DNA from: Octopus vulgaris
Lineage: Eukaryota
Direction: 5' to 3'
DNA: 64,000 bases
Assembly: GCA_951406725.2 (NCBI GenBank)
Contig: OX597834.1
Coordinates: forward strand, 14,818,001-14,882,000
Positions 28,011-41,961 of this stretch are shown piece after piece; position 1 is the stretch's first letter; each line of letters opens with the position of its first letter. The notes beneath the pieces are model-generated. The model ran no database searches, was not told where the DNA came from, and saw only the letters and a list, made by a program, of their open reading frames with translations. A program made the position numbers and the translations under genes.

Positions 28011-28468
28011 CGCTGCTGCGACTACTGAAATCCAGTGTGAAAACGTTTGATGTATTTTAGTGCAACATAGAGATAAATGCTTGCCAATGTGAATACCAGC
28101 ATGTTTCCATATATATACAGTTTATATAGAATAATAGATTGTGTCTATACATACATTATATATCTATTGCAATTCATTTTCATATAAGAGTAGTTATACA
28201 ATTCGACCCGTACCACCGGGGAATTCACACAAGATTATGTCTGTCTTCGTGATTCTCTCCCAATTTCATTCTGTAAAAGAGCGCCGGCTCGAAACGTCGA
28301 AAGATTTTCCATTTACCTGAGCGTCAAACTAATAGTGCTTTTGTGTTAGTCCTTTTCTTGCATCTATCTGTCTTTTGTATATTTTGATACGCATTATACA
28401 CGCACGCACAAACACACATAGAGGGAGAGAGAAAGAGAGAGAACGAGAGAGAGAGAGAGACTAACAGA

Positions 28469-28652
28469 GGGTAAAGACCCCCATGGGATTTACCTAGTTC
28501 CCCGCCGAGGCATAAGTTCAGGCAAGGCTGTTTATGGAAGACCAGCAGTTTCCCATGCAAACCAGCCTCCCTTCTGCAACCAACTCCAAGGGAAGGGCAA
28601 AAGCCGATTCAGCTTGGCACTTGTGACGTTGCAACACATTTCTACAGCTGAG
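28469..28652 (-). mobile_element. SINE/LINE tail fragment joined to a CORE end
   Basis: Minus strand begins CTCAGCTGTAGAAATG, like the CORE end at 8022-8040; the RTE-like assignment of GGAAGACCAGCAG is from recall only. Confidence 0.4.
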
Positions 28653-29121
28653 CTAGGATTTGGGATTTGACCGAATTATATGGTGCGGATAATTGGAGGG
28701 GCGTTGGAATAAAATGTGGGATGACGTGGGCTTGCAAAATCACTATTCTGTCACTATTCTTTCCCCAGAAAACTTAACTTTTGTGTCCCCAAATTCAACG
28801 CTAGGCTTGAACGGATTTGTACTGACATAGGGATTATGGGAAACGTACAAATGCTTTTGTACAGCATTATGCCAAAATGCAGTTACAGTAAATCAAGATT
28901 AAGAGAAATAGGAAATGTCATAGATAAGATTAGCAAAGGAAGTCAAACTTTGACGCATAATTTTAGGAAGCAAAGTACAATATGTGTCAGAATTCCTTAA
29001 GTGTTTAAATGGCACCGAAATTTCGCTGGCATTTCAAAAGTGCTGCATGAAATTACCAGGATGTTGAGAAAAATATCCTCGTTTCAAACATATATTTCAC
29101 TATATTACATATAATGTAGAA

Positions 29122-29361
29122 AGTATATCTCTAAAGGAATTTGATAAATTAAGTAAATGTAAGGACCTGGAAATTGAAATACAAAAGATGTGGATTCTTA
29201 AAGCGAGAACTGTTTATGTTTTTAGGGGTGCTCTTGTTATGATAAGAAACGTATGTGAGACACATTTACATCATATCCCAGGAAACCCATGTCTCAGAGA
29301 AATTCAAAAGATTCTGCTGTCAAGTCCCGCCCACATCCTTAGAAAAACCCTATCCATTTAA
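29122..29361 (+). pseudogene. R4/Dong-clade non-LTR retrotransposon, C-terminal restriction-like endonuclease remnant
   Basis: Translates SISLKEFDKLSKCKDLEIEIQKMWILKARTVYVFRGALVMI..IPGNPCLREIQKILLSSPAHILRKTLSI*, matching the KxxKYxDLxxEIxxMW..GALG..AHILRKxL end of R4-type ORFs. Confidence 0.8.
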
Positions 29362-29368
29362 ATGTTTG

Positions 29369-29620
29369 TGTTTTATTATATGAAGATATTTCACTAGGGC
29401 CCCAGCCACATACCGTCCCCAAGCTTTCAGTCATACTGTAACATCTCATATCCTTCCCTTTTGGGAAGGGAATTGTTCGATTACACCGAAGCTATGAAGT
29501 GCAAATCGACTTTGGCGTAATTTGAACTCAGAAGACGGACGAAATGCGCCTAATTATTTTGCCCGGTGCGCTAACTGTGCTCGCCGCCTTATAAATAATA
29601 ATAATAGTAACAATGATAAT
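29369..29620 (+). repeat. Local direct duplication, copy 2
   Basis: See 25866-26133. Confidence 0.9.
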
Positions 29621-29982
29621 ATTTTTTTGCTACTCTAGGCACAAACCCGAAATTTTGGGGGAGGGTCCAGTCGATTAGATCGACCTCTGTACGCAACTGG
29701 TTCTTAATTTATCGATCCGGAAAGGCAAAGTCCACCTGACGGAAGAAATACCTATTTCTTTACTACCAACAAGGGGCTAAACACAGAGAGGACAAACAAG
29801 GACAGACAAACGGATTAAGTGGATTATTTTGACTCCAGTGCGTAACTGGTACTTAATTTATCGACCCCGAAAGGATGAAAGGCAAAGTCGACCTCGGCGG
29901 AATTTCAACTCAGAATGTAACGGCAGCCGAAATATCGCTAAGCATTTCGGCCGGCGTGCTAACGATCCTGCCAGCTCGCCGT
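29621..29982 (-). mobile_element. Family B SINE heterodimer (two different tails)
   Basis: Head at 29982, junction AAATACCTATTTC near 29746, second unit ends TGTGCCTAGAGTAG. Confidence 0.8.
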
Positions 29983-30550
29983 CATGTTAATAATAAAAAT
30001 AACAATGATAATAATAATGATAATATATTATTCGTTTCCTATGTGGTGCATCATGACATTTTGCTTAATTCAAATACTCTAAATTTAAATCTGTGTATAA
30101 ACGTTTTTGTAATAAAGTTATATTATAAATTGAAAACACGTACAATACTTTCAGAGATGTCAATGACCGTTCATAACACAAAATTAATACAGATGGGGAG
30201 TTTAACTTTCTGCTCTTCGTGTTTCAGTTTGAAAGCATGTAAAGATTACTGGCAACCTGCCTAACACACCTGGTCATGTTGAATGCAGAAAACATTGTTA
30301 TTATAATGTTGCAATGGTAGAATCATAGAATGGATAAATTCAATTTTAGATAGGATTACAGAGATAAAAGAAATTATTAATATCATCATCATCGTCATCA
30401 TTGTCATCGTCGCCGTCGTCATTGTCGTCGTCATCATGGTCCTTTTTATTATTAAAGTTGACAACCGTAAACAAATAACCCCTCATAACATTTTTTTTTT
30501 AATTTTTTAGAATTTTCGAAAATTTTTTAGGAATTTTTATTCTATACTGT

Positions 30551-30944
30551 CTCTTTTACTCTTTTACTTGTTTCAGTCATTTGACTGTGGCCATGCTGGA
30601 GCACCGCCTTTAGTCGAGCAAATCGACCCCAGGACTTATTCTTTCTAAGTCTAGTACTTATTCTATCGGTCACTTTTGCCGAACCGCTTCTTTACGGGTA
30701 CGTAAACACACCAGCTTCGGTTGTCAAGCGATGTTGGGGGACAAACATAGACACACAAACACACACACACATATATGTATATATACATACGGCTGGCTTC
30801 ATTCTGTTTCCGTCTACCAAATCCACTCACAAGGCTATGGTCGGCTCGAGACTATAGTAGAAGACACATGCCGAAGGTCCCACGCAGTGGGACTGAACCC
30901 GAAGCCATGCGGTTCGTAAGCAAGCTACTTACCACACAGCCACT
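30551..30944 (-). mobile_element. Family A SINE
   Basis: Reverse-complement match. Confidence 0.9.
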
Positions 30945-31293
30945 GCGGGAATTCATACGATTATACAAAAAGAAAAGACTCGTGCGTGACTTAACACTTA
31001 TTTAGGTGTTAATCTTAGCACCATGTGGTAAGCAGTTTGATTACATCTTGGATTGTTAATATGGTAACAGGCATATGTCTGTGGGTTTCGATTGGCTAAA
31101 TTTTACCCAAAGTTGCAAATTTTAAGATCTATTTACACTTCACTTAGTTTCACGGTGAAAATGAATCTCATGTCAATGGATACTCTACAAACTACACAAA
31201 TACACCAAATCCGAAATCAACTGGAACAAAAGTTGAAGAAACTGAAAGTGGCCACCAAACAGAAAATATCTCAATTTAGTACTCTAATTTCAA

Positions 31294-31364
<71 letters not shown>

Positions 31365-31581
31365 GTGTGTGTGCTGGTGGTAGTGCGTGTGAATGAGTGT
31401 GTGTATGTTTGCCTGTGTATGGGAGAGAGTCAGACGCACATGTTACACATAGAGAGTCACTCATAGAAATGTCTATCTATCTATACATATAAACACATAC
31501 ACACATCACACAGACGTCCCTTTTCTAATGTTGAATGGATAAACGTCAACTCGAAGATTAGAACAACACAACGCAATATAA

Positions 31582-31992
31582 TACCTATTTCTTTATTACC
31601 CACAAGGGGCTAAACATAGAAGGGACAAACAAGGACAGACATAGGTATTAAGTCGATTACATCGACCCCAGTGCGTAACTGGTACTTAATTTATCGACCC
31701 CGAAAGGATGAAAGGTAAAGTCGACCTCGGCGGAATTTGAACTCACAACGTAACGGCAGACGAAATACCTATTTCTTTACTACCCACAAGGGGCTAAACA
31801 TAGAGGGAACAAACATATGCATTAAGTCGATTACATCGATCCCAGTGCGTAACTGGTACTTAATTTATCGACTCCGAAAGGATGAAAGATAAAGTCGACC
31901 TCAGCGGAATTTGAACTCACAACGTAACGGCAGACGAAATACCGCTAAGCATTTCGCCCGACGTGCTAACGTTTCTGCCAGCTCGCCGCCTT
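31582..31992 (-). mobile_element. Family B SINE homodimer with 16-bp TSD
   Basis: ATACCTATTTC at 31581 and 31765 (184 bp apart); TSD ACGCAATATAATACCT at 31571-31586 and 31998-32013. Confidence 0.9.
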
Positions 31993-33195
31993 AAAATACG
32001 CAATATAATACCTGCCATGTCTAACGAAATGTCTGAATATAGTCAGAATCTAGTTTATAGTTCAACTTGTGTACGAGCAGATTAGACATAGTGGCGGGGA
32101 GATATTATCGACAAGGTGTATTTTTTTAAATACAGATTCCGTTTCATTGACGACTATCACCACGATGACGTTCCTACGAATTATTGCGTTACGCCACTTA
32201 ATTTCATTGTAGAGATTAAACAAGTTTTTCTACTAAGCCACAGCTAGGCTGACATGATCTGTAATCAAGCGGTTACTGTATTTTGGTTATTGCTGTATGA
32301 TGTGATTAATACCTTAAGAAAGGTTCTCTTTTTAAAAAAATGGTTGTTTCATTCATTGGCTCGATGTATTATTGATAGCAATTGCAATATAAGGAAACGG
32401 ATAATGATTGAAAAATCTTTGAAACCTGTCCATGGAATCAATTAAAAACGGAACACGCACACCCTCACACATATTGACAAAAACACAGGTACTTTGAAAC
32501 ACACATACACATACACATACACGAACGTACGGATACTCACTAACTCATACATGCGTACATGTAAAGTGATTGACGAAACGAAACAAAATTACGAAACGAA
32601 GAACAAATTGCTTTTAATTCCGAGGTTGTAGGATATGGGAGAGGCACGCAGTGAACAAGGGAATTGTTTCTGAAAGATTGTGTCACGTAATTCTTGATGA
32701 CTTCACACGATAATCATATATTGTTTAAGAGGAAAGGAATCCGTTCGGCAAAAATTTAGAAAACCTGTAAAATCAGTGAATGTGATCTTAAAGACAAAAA
32801 AAAAAAAAACACAAAATGGACCAAAAAAATGCATTATTAAGGAAAGAAGGAGATCTTATCGTTTGTAATTTTTTTTTTTTTTTTAAATTTTAATGTGTGC
32901 GCTAAACATTGTGACCTTCAACATGTAGATTAGAATCGGTATTATGAAAGACTGCGGAAATCGCTCTTTGCTCATTGTTCGTAAGGAAATTACCAAATAA
33001 AATTTTGTTATCGATGTATTGTGTTCAATAATTGTTGTTATTTGAGGTGGGTTTTTTTTTATATTTTCTGTTCTTTTTTTCTCTAACATTTTAATTTGGT
33101 TTTGTTAAAATTCTTTCTAATTTGCATAAGCGGTGAAGTAAAACCGCACGCACGCACAAACACACACACGCAAGCACTATTTAAATTCTATATAT

Positions 33196-33270
<75 letters not shown>

Positions 33271-33901
33271 ATACGAACTCACAGTAACCTATATGTGTGT
33301 GTGTGAAAATATAATGATTGTGTGGTAATTTTAAGTCGCCTATAATATTTTAGTGTTTGAAATATAATCAAGAAAAATTTCCAAAACTTAAAAGTAATTC
33401 ACGTACATCAACAAATACATAGAAGAATCACAACTATTATTTATGCGAGCAAATAAATTGGTTCCTTTAAGTCTGAAAGCGAGTCTATATATTACATGAT
33501 GTTGTTCCATATAGATATATTGAATTGTATTTTGTATGTACCGTATCTAGGCACCAAAGATTTTGGATCTTGTGTATCATTCACTATGTTTTTTGGGGTT
33601 TTTTTTTTAGTGGACGGCAAGGCCTGCTATGCTTCGTAGCACAGAACATAATGAAAAGTAAGGTTCCCATTTAGGGGAGGAGGGTTTTTCAGGGTGTCTT
33701 CATGCTTGCTCGAAGTATATATAAGTTTTTGTTTTTATGTTTTTGTGTCTCATTATTTTCAACGTTTTTGTGATGTCCTGTACCCATATATGCATGTATA
33801 TATACATATATATTTAGGTATGTACATATATATATATATGTATATATGCACCTATTTATGTATCATTTATATTATATATTATCGAACCCCGCACATCCTT
33901 T

Positions 33902-33947
<46 letters not shown>

Positions 33948-34031
33948 GGAAAAAAATTTCCAAATCAATCAGGTGCAACCCTTTAGCTTTATATTCATCT
34001 AGATATCATAATTGATGTCTTAATTATACAT

Positions 34032-34102
<71 letters not shown>

Positions 34103-34265
34103 TGACGGGCTTCTCTCTGAGTTTGTCAACCAAATCCACTGATATTGCTTTGGTCGTCCCAAGCATACACCAGAAGACATTTACCTAAGGCAACTGAACC
34201 TGGAACCATGTAGTTGGAGCGTAAACATCTTGCCACACGACCACGCTTGTGTCTTTTGTATCCTT

Positions 34266-34323
<58 letters not shown>

Positions 34324-34325
<2 letters not shown>

Positions 34326-34541
34326 TCTTTACTCTTTTACTTATTTCAGTCATTTGACTGCGGCCATGCTGGAGCACCGCCTTTAATCGAGCAACTCCAC
34401 CCCGGGACTTATTCTTTGTAAGCCCAGTACTTAGTCTATCGGTCACTTTTGCCGAACCGCTAAGTGACGGTGACATAAACACACCAGCATCGGTTGTCAA
34501 GCAATGCTAGGGGGACAAATACAGACACCGAAACATACACG

Positions 34542-34605
<64 letters not shown>

Positions 34606-34770
34606 TGCGACGGGCTTCTTTCAGTTTCCGTCTACCAAATCCACTCACAAGGCTTTGGTCGGCCCGAGGCTATAGTAGAAGACACTTGCCCAAGGTGCCA
34701 TGCAGTGGGACTGAACCCGGAACCATGAGGTTGGTAAACAAGCTAATTCCCACACAGACACTCCAGCGCC
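34324..34770 (-). mobile_element. Family A SINE, full length
   Basis: Reverse-complement match from the GGCGC.GGAGTG head to the GAGTAAAA tail. Confidence 0.9.
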
Positions 34771-35250
34771 TATATATATATATAAAATATATACGCGTAT
34801 TTCGATGCTAAAAATGGATTTGGTGATCAAGAAGAATTTTACCAAAAATGTTTTGGTTTCTCTTCGATATGTTGACTTATGTAACTATATGCTAAATTAG
34901 TTTTGTAGAATTTGCATAAACGCTCTAAGACATTTTCAAGTGAACACTAAACAACAATTATTATCGTTACAATCTAATAGAATTGTAAATATTTTTAAAA
35001 CACCGTTATTATTCCTGTTTAGAATATATGCAAATTGAGAAGAAATCTTTCCAGAAGGGAATTTTGGTCTGCGAATTAGATGCCATTCTAACGTAAGTCT
35101 CTTTATTTTGATGTTTTTGTTTTTACTTCGCTAAATATATATGTTCTGTGTAATTATATTCCACTTATGCAAAAAGTCTTACACAAGTATATACACATAT
35201 ATACACAAACACACACACACACACATATATATATATGTGTGTATTTTTGC

Positions 35251-35282
<32 letters not shown>

Positions 35283-35320
35283 GTTTGTATATACGTATAC
35301 GTATTGTATATATCTGTATG

Positions 35321-35408
<88 letters not shown>

Positions 35409-35711
35409 TATATAGAATATATATATATATGTGTGTAGATATGCATATAGACATATATATGTATATATACATTTATATATATGCATATATATATATATAT
35501 ATATATATATAAACAAGGAAGTCCAGACATACGCATACGTACAAATAAACATTGTATAACATGCGTGGTACACAACCCCTCTATTCCCTACTACCAGCAT
35601 TTATATGTGCTTATGTGTATGCGTGTGCAGGTTCCTCCTCACGCGCCCGCGTGTGTATGTGTGCATCTATTGAAGCAGAAGCGCTACACAATATGCAACA
35701 CTTAAGCGGGT

Positions 35712-35954
<243 letters not shown>

Positions 35955-36630
35955 CATATAGTGATATTTAATAAATCATTATTCAAGGCTGGCTCTTGTT
36001 CAATTTAAATGTCGTTGATGTTGTTAGTGTAGGTATGATTTGAATTATTTACTATAACACTATATTCAGTCAAACATAAATTAATGAAAGTTAAAGAAGT
36101 GATTTTTAAATTCTCAAACGCAAGATAATGCTAATAGTATAGCTTGAACAGGATAAGCTGCCCCTATTTCGCTGAAAAAAGTGTTGGCGGGCGGCTAGAG
36201 TAATGTCTTCGTTTCACTTCTGGTTTTGCCTCAAATTCTTGTTAATTACAGGTATTCACACTTCCGTACGCATTTAATTTTTTTTTCATTCCATTTCAGT
36301 GTTCACTATATCCCTGTTATATCTGTTAACAGTTTTGTGCCTTATACCACTTTACTATCTTTTTAATTTTCTCAAATAATTGTTATGCCGACATCATATA
36401 TTATCCAATTATTTCGTTTTATTCTCTCAAAGGTTGTTAGAATATTCGAAGATTCCTGTTTTATATTCATTACATTTTGATCTCCAGCGTATTCATAACT
36501 GTCTCTGGATTTGAAACCTGAAACGTAGATTTATGATATATTCTCTTTCTCTCCCCACCTCGTCTTCTCTTTCTCTCTAACTCCCTCTAGTAAGCACGCA
36601 TCTCCTCGCACACTTCCACACACTCCCTTT

Positions 36631-36661
<31 letters not shown>

Positions 36662-36970
36662 CTCATGGACACTCGCGCTGATGACGGCGTATGAATGTTT
36701 CATTTATTGCCGAACGACCTGCACAAATAATTTGCTTCTAATGTTTAAATATTTGTACAGCACATTAAATCACATTAAATCGTCCATGCAATCAACGTTG
36801 CCTGAATGGGTGAACGGCCCACCACGTGTCAGGCATCGACGGGATCGCAGAATAACGTGAGATGAATGCTTTGCTCAAGAACATCACGCACTACCAGTTT
36901 ATTAAATAGGTCTTATTATATATACAATTCCTCAAATATATATACAGGTGTGTATATATATATGTATGTA

Positions 36971-37050
<80 letters not shown>

Positions 37051-37063
37051 GTATATATATATA

Positions 37064-37128
<65 letters not shown>

Positions 37129-37170
37129 GTGTGTGTGTGTATATATATATATATTTATATATATATGTAT

Positions 37171-37215
37171 ATTGAATAATAGAAACACGAAAGAAAAAGA
37201 CCGAGAAAATACCAA

Positions 37216-37290
<75 letters not shown>

Positions 37291-37349
37291 CGTGTGTGTG
37301 TGTGTGTGTGTGTAGTTGGTGTTTTTCTTTCGTGTTTCTATTATTCAAT
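37171..37349. repeat. 28-bp perfect inverted repeat around (TA)n(TG)n
   Basis: ATTGAATAATAGAAACACGAAAGAAAAA at 37171-37198 and its reverse complement at 37322-37349. Confidence 0.9.
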
Positions 37350-37539
37350 TTTGTTTAATAATTGTAAAATCGGTGTTTAGTAAAATACATTTCATTTTCG
37401 AAATTTAATAGAATGCACAGACATTATTTAATTGTTTTGTCAGCGCTTCTTCTCAAACTGACGTTAGCTCTGGTCCGGGCACTGCTGGCAACGTGAAGCA
37501 ACGGAAGCGCAAACATAACGAAACAATTCGCATGCTATT

Positions 37540-38490
37540 TATGTGCATTCTCGTTCAATGGCTCCTCTCAAGCATGTTTCATAGCGTAGAGTTTCGTCTT
37601 TTAAGTATCCCTATGGAAAAAAAAAGTTTAATGGTGACTGCGGAAAGTATTCAACGAAACCCTTTCGTCCAATCCACATGTTTGGCAAGATCTCGTCAAG
37701 GAGGGATCTAACATCGCGATGGTCGTGCGGGGTCCCATATCTTGGTGAAAACAAACCTCCCCATCTTCAAAGTCCTCTAAGATGTTTGGCATGACAGGCT
37801 ATTGCAGCAGCTTCAAGTAAACGGGACCAGTTCTAGTAGATTCAAAATAGAATGGTCCAATGAATCCTCTTAATGATAAGCCACACCACACTCTAGCTCC
37901 TGGTAAATTAACATTGTGTTCCAACATAACATGCGGATTCTGAGGTCTCCAGTAGGTGCAATTGTGGCTGTTAATCAAACCATTTAATTTGAACGTGGCC
38001 TCAGCACTCCACACAATCTTTGTTGGAAAGTGTGCATCTTCTACACATCGTGCCAAGTACCACTCGCCAATACTGCACTCTTCCGACTTGATCATGGTCA
38101 TTAATAACATGGTTCTAATCTTGGAATAAGGCGGTGAGCTGGCAGAAACGTTAGCACGCCGGGCGAAATGCGTAGCCATATTTCGTCTGTCGTTGCGCTG
38201 TGAGTTCAAATTCCGCCGAGGTCGACTTTGCCTTTCATCCTTTCGGGGTCGATAAATTAAGTACCAGTTACGCACTGGGGTCGATGGAATCGACTTAATA
38301 CCTATGTCTGTCCTTGTTTGTCCCATCTATGTTTAGCCCCTTGTGGGTAATAAAGAAATAGGTTCTAATCTTGGAACATACCTTTTCCATTAACAACGCT
38401 TCAAAATGGGTCGGACAATTTTGAAGTACCTCATAACTTGCTTGAGATCTTCTTGGACTTTGGAGATACGTTTCCAGCCGCGGGTATGCG
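37540..38490 (-). pseudogene. Decayed Tc1/mariner transposase (rosa/DD41D-like), interrupted by a SINE
   Basis: [41 protein letters not shown]; after a stop and frameshift FHQD.GTPH..DVRSLLDEILPNMWIGRKG..PQSP..GYLKD; upstream QSPRRS motif. Confidence 0.85.
38130..38362 (+). mobile_element. Family B SINE with 16-bp TSD, nested in the transposase
   Basis: TSD GGTTCTAATCTTGGAA at 38111-38126 and 38361-38376. Confidence 0.92.
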
Positions 38491-40032
38491 AATAACCCAT
38501 TAGTGATAATTGAAGTGTGCATTATTTTGTAGGCCCCTAGTATGACACAACTCACAGCTGGCCTTCGCAGAATTTGAACACAGAACATAAAAAGCTGGAA
38601 CAAAAACCCGCTACGAATATTGTCTGAAATGTAGTAATCCGCCCAATTCCTGACATATTTTATTAATAATATTGCCTTCTGTCATTGTCACATGGCCAAA
38701 CAAATAAACCACGAGTGTTTAGTTGATTAATGGCCCGTACTATTTGACTTGTACTCACTTTATCGGCACTCTATCGAACTGCAAAGTAAACGGTCATTTA
38801 ATCGGCTAATCTACCGATTCGGTCACGCCAGATCCTTCATTTCATGCATAAAGCTAAACATAATTGTAAAGTATTGCTGGAAAAGAGAGTGATGAACCGG
38901 CGCGAAAATCTCTTGTGGCGGTTTCAGCTGGGTTTTTTTTTAATATCTGCCATATTTTAATAAAATTTTATAAACACAGAAACGCAGAAAATATTGTATA
39001 GCGTGGTTTGATACGCAAAACGCACACTAAATCTTAATAAAGACGCGGTGGTCACGAGTGGAACATCTTTAACTATAGCTATTTGCTCAACATTGGCTTG
39101 CTTATATGAGACGAAGTAACGCAAAAAGCATCGATACATTATATTTGATGGCGGCCATATTTTGAGAAAAACTTCGTCTTCACCGCCACCAGCCTCCTAT
39201 TCAATAAGATGCTATTAATCAGCTTCATTGGTTGTGGATTATACTATTTTATTTTATTTATATTATTTTATCTATTTATTTATATCTTTATTCCTTCGTT
39301 CATCTATTTATTGTTGTATTCGTTCTTAAACACTGTCGTACCACAAAAACTGTTTCACAGAAATTTCTGATATATGTACAAATCAGGTATTTTAGTGTTA
39401 TTAATTTTATCGACCATGGAAGAATGAAAGACAAAACTGACGCCAGTATAGGTTGAGCTCAGACCCTAAAGGCTGTAATTATCCTGAAAATGCCACTTTG
39501 AAAGTTCCGAATGCCCCATACAATAAGGATAATCATATATAATATGTTATAATTATAAAAGGTGTCTTTGTATAAAGTTCAAAAGACGTATTAGAAAATA
39601 GCTCTAAAGCGATTCATTTCTTAACCTGCTTTTCGAAAGCAAGTAGGCATAGATTATAGATATATTTTTGGTAATAACATCCATGGAAACAACAAGGAGG
39701 ACTAAAAGTATATCAACAACTGACAATTGAAATCCGGGCAAAGAGAAGAGTAGAATAAAATGTGAAAATATGCCAATTGTTATTGGCTGTTTTTTTTTTT
39801 GGAGGGGGGTGTTGATGTGACCGCTATCGGTTTCTTTGTTGTTTATTTTCTCGAGTGAAATCTGATTGATCAGATCTTTCAAACAAAAGTGCATTAAATC
39901 CGTCATCCTAGGTCAATTCTTCACAGTATAATATTCGAAGTTCCGCATTATCCTGCTTTTATATATATATAATATAATATATATATATAATATAATATAT
40001 ATATATAATATAATATATATATATATATATAT

Positions 40033-40323
40033 AAATGGAAGATCAGCTTGATACTGGAGTTTTTAATTTACTTACCTCAAAAGTCTGAGGTCGAATTTCT
40101 ATAACAAACATGTTTATATTCTTTTATTCTTTTACTTTTCTCAGTCATTTGACTGCGGCCATGTTGGAGCACCGCCTTTATTCGAACAAATCGAAGTGCA
40201 AATGCTTCAATAGGAGGGCTCTCATGATAGGAATCTGGTCACTAACGATGCAAGAGCACTCTGGGCAGCCTTATACAGACACTTATACATTTACACATGT
40301 ATGCAGATATACATATATACATA
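40033..40323 (+). repeat. Left arm of perfect 291-bp inverted repeat
   Basis: No mismatch seen to the reverse complement of 40436-40726; ORFs 40110+ and 40413- share the same first 71 aa. Confidence 0.95.
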
Positions 40324-40435
40324 TATAGAGTGATGACCACTATGTGGACAAACCTTATGCTAGAAGTAGATCCGCTATGGTCTTACCACTAAGAAATGTT
40401 CGCAAGAAAAAGTTAGCAAACAATGTGTATGTATG

Positions 40436-40726
40436 TATGTATATATGTATATCTGCATACATGTGTAAATGTATAAGTGTCTGTATAAGGCTGCCCAGAG
40501 TGCTCTTGCATCGTTAGTGACCAGATTCCTATCATGAGAGCCCTCCTATTGAAGCATTTGCACTTCGATTTGTTCGAATAAAGGCGGTGCTCCAACATGG
40601 CCGCAGTCAAATGACTGAGAAAAGTAAAAGAATAAAAGAATATAAACATGTTTGTTATAGAAATTCGACCTCAGACTTTTGAGGTAAGTAAATTAAAAAC
40701 TCCAGTATCAAGCTGATCTTCCATTT
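40436..40726 (-). repeat. Right arm of perfect 291-bp inverted repeat
   Basis: See left arm. Confidence 0.95.
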
Positions 40727-40801
40727 TGTCAGGTCAATAAGGATGAAAGGAAAAGCCGATCTCAGAGACAAGGACCCATATTTTGTAGGTTCAGCACATA
40801 T

Positions 40802-40985
40802 AAGGTGTAAACTGGCAGAATCGTCAGCGCACCGGACAAGATGCGTAGCAGTTTTTCGTCCGTCTTATCGTTTGGGGTTCAAGTGCCACAGGGGTCGACT
40901 TTGCCATTCATTCTATTGGGCTTGAGCACTGGGGTTCACTTAGCCACTTTCCCGGCATTGCTGGTCTTGTGCCAAAATTTGAAAT
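40802..40985 (+). mobile_element. Family B SINE, old copy
   Basis: CTGGCAGAATCG..GGGTTCAAGT..GTCGACTTTGCC..CTTGTGCCAAAATTTGAAA. Confidence 0.65.
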
Positions 40986-41786
40986 CAATGTTATATACAG
41001 CACGTGAGTTGTACATACTTTATGATGTCTAGTACAACAAAATGAATTTTTAAAAACACGTTTTTTTTCTTTTTATATCAATATGTTATAAAATGTACTT
41101 GTCTAAACGCCATGAAACTTTTCAACTGCTACTCTGACAATGTGCCTCGCAACAAAAACCGATGTATTTCAATAAATACACAAATAGTCATCTACTAAGC
41201 AGTCTTTTTTTTTCGCACCGAACGAATAATAAAAAGCAAAATGAGAATTTTGTTTCCATAATATAGATATTGTAAAGTTCTTAGGAAATATTTTACCGCA
41301 ATAAACATTTTCAAAATTTGAATATAATTGTACCTGGTTACTTGGTACGCAACAATAATTTTCAAAAGCTGCAAGTAATTTATTTAACCGATATAATGAT
41401 ACTCCACTGTAAATGCTGTGAGCGAGTTGGTGAGCTGAGTGTGAAAGCGAATGAGTACTTGTAATGTTTATTGAACGAGTTGAATAAGTATATAATTTTA
41501 TTATTTATTTAATCAATTACAAAGCTTACATTTCATATTAACATTTGTAGTGATTTATTTTTTTTTTTGCTATTTGTATTACAGTTTTATTATTAATTTT
41601 TTTTTTTTGGTTTGGTTTTTCAATTTTGCTTTCAAAAAAAAAACGAAATGGCGATTTCATACAATTTTACTTTATTGAAAATATACAAACTTTCACTCCA
41701 TAGACATCGACATACAATCATACACATACAAACACACGCACACGTACATACATACATACATACATACATATATACATATACATACA

Positions 41787-41866
<80 letters not shown>

Positions 41867-41892
41867 TATATACATATATATATTTGTTTCTT

Positions 41893-41923
<31 letters not shown>

Positions 41924-41930
41924 ATTTGTT

Positions 41931-41961
<31 letters not shown>

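Noticed and set aside
40110-40649. Two near-identical ORFs on opposite strands as a gene pair
   Set aside because: A by-product of the inverted duplication; the frame contains a SINE fragment.
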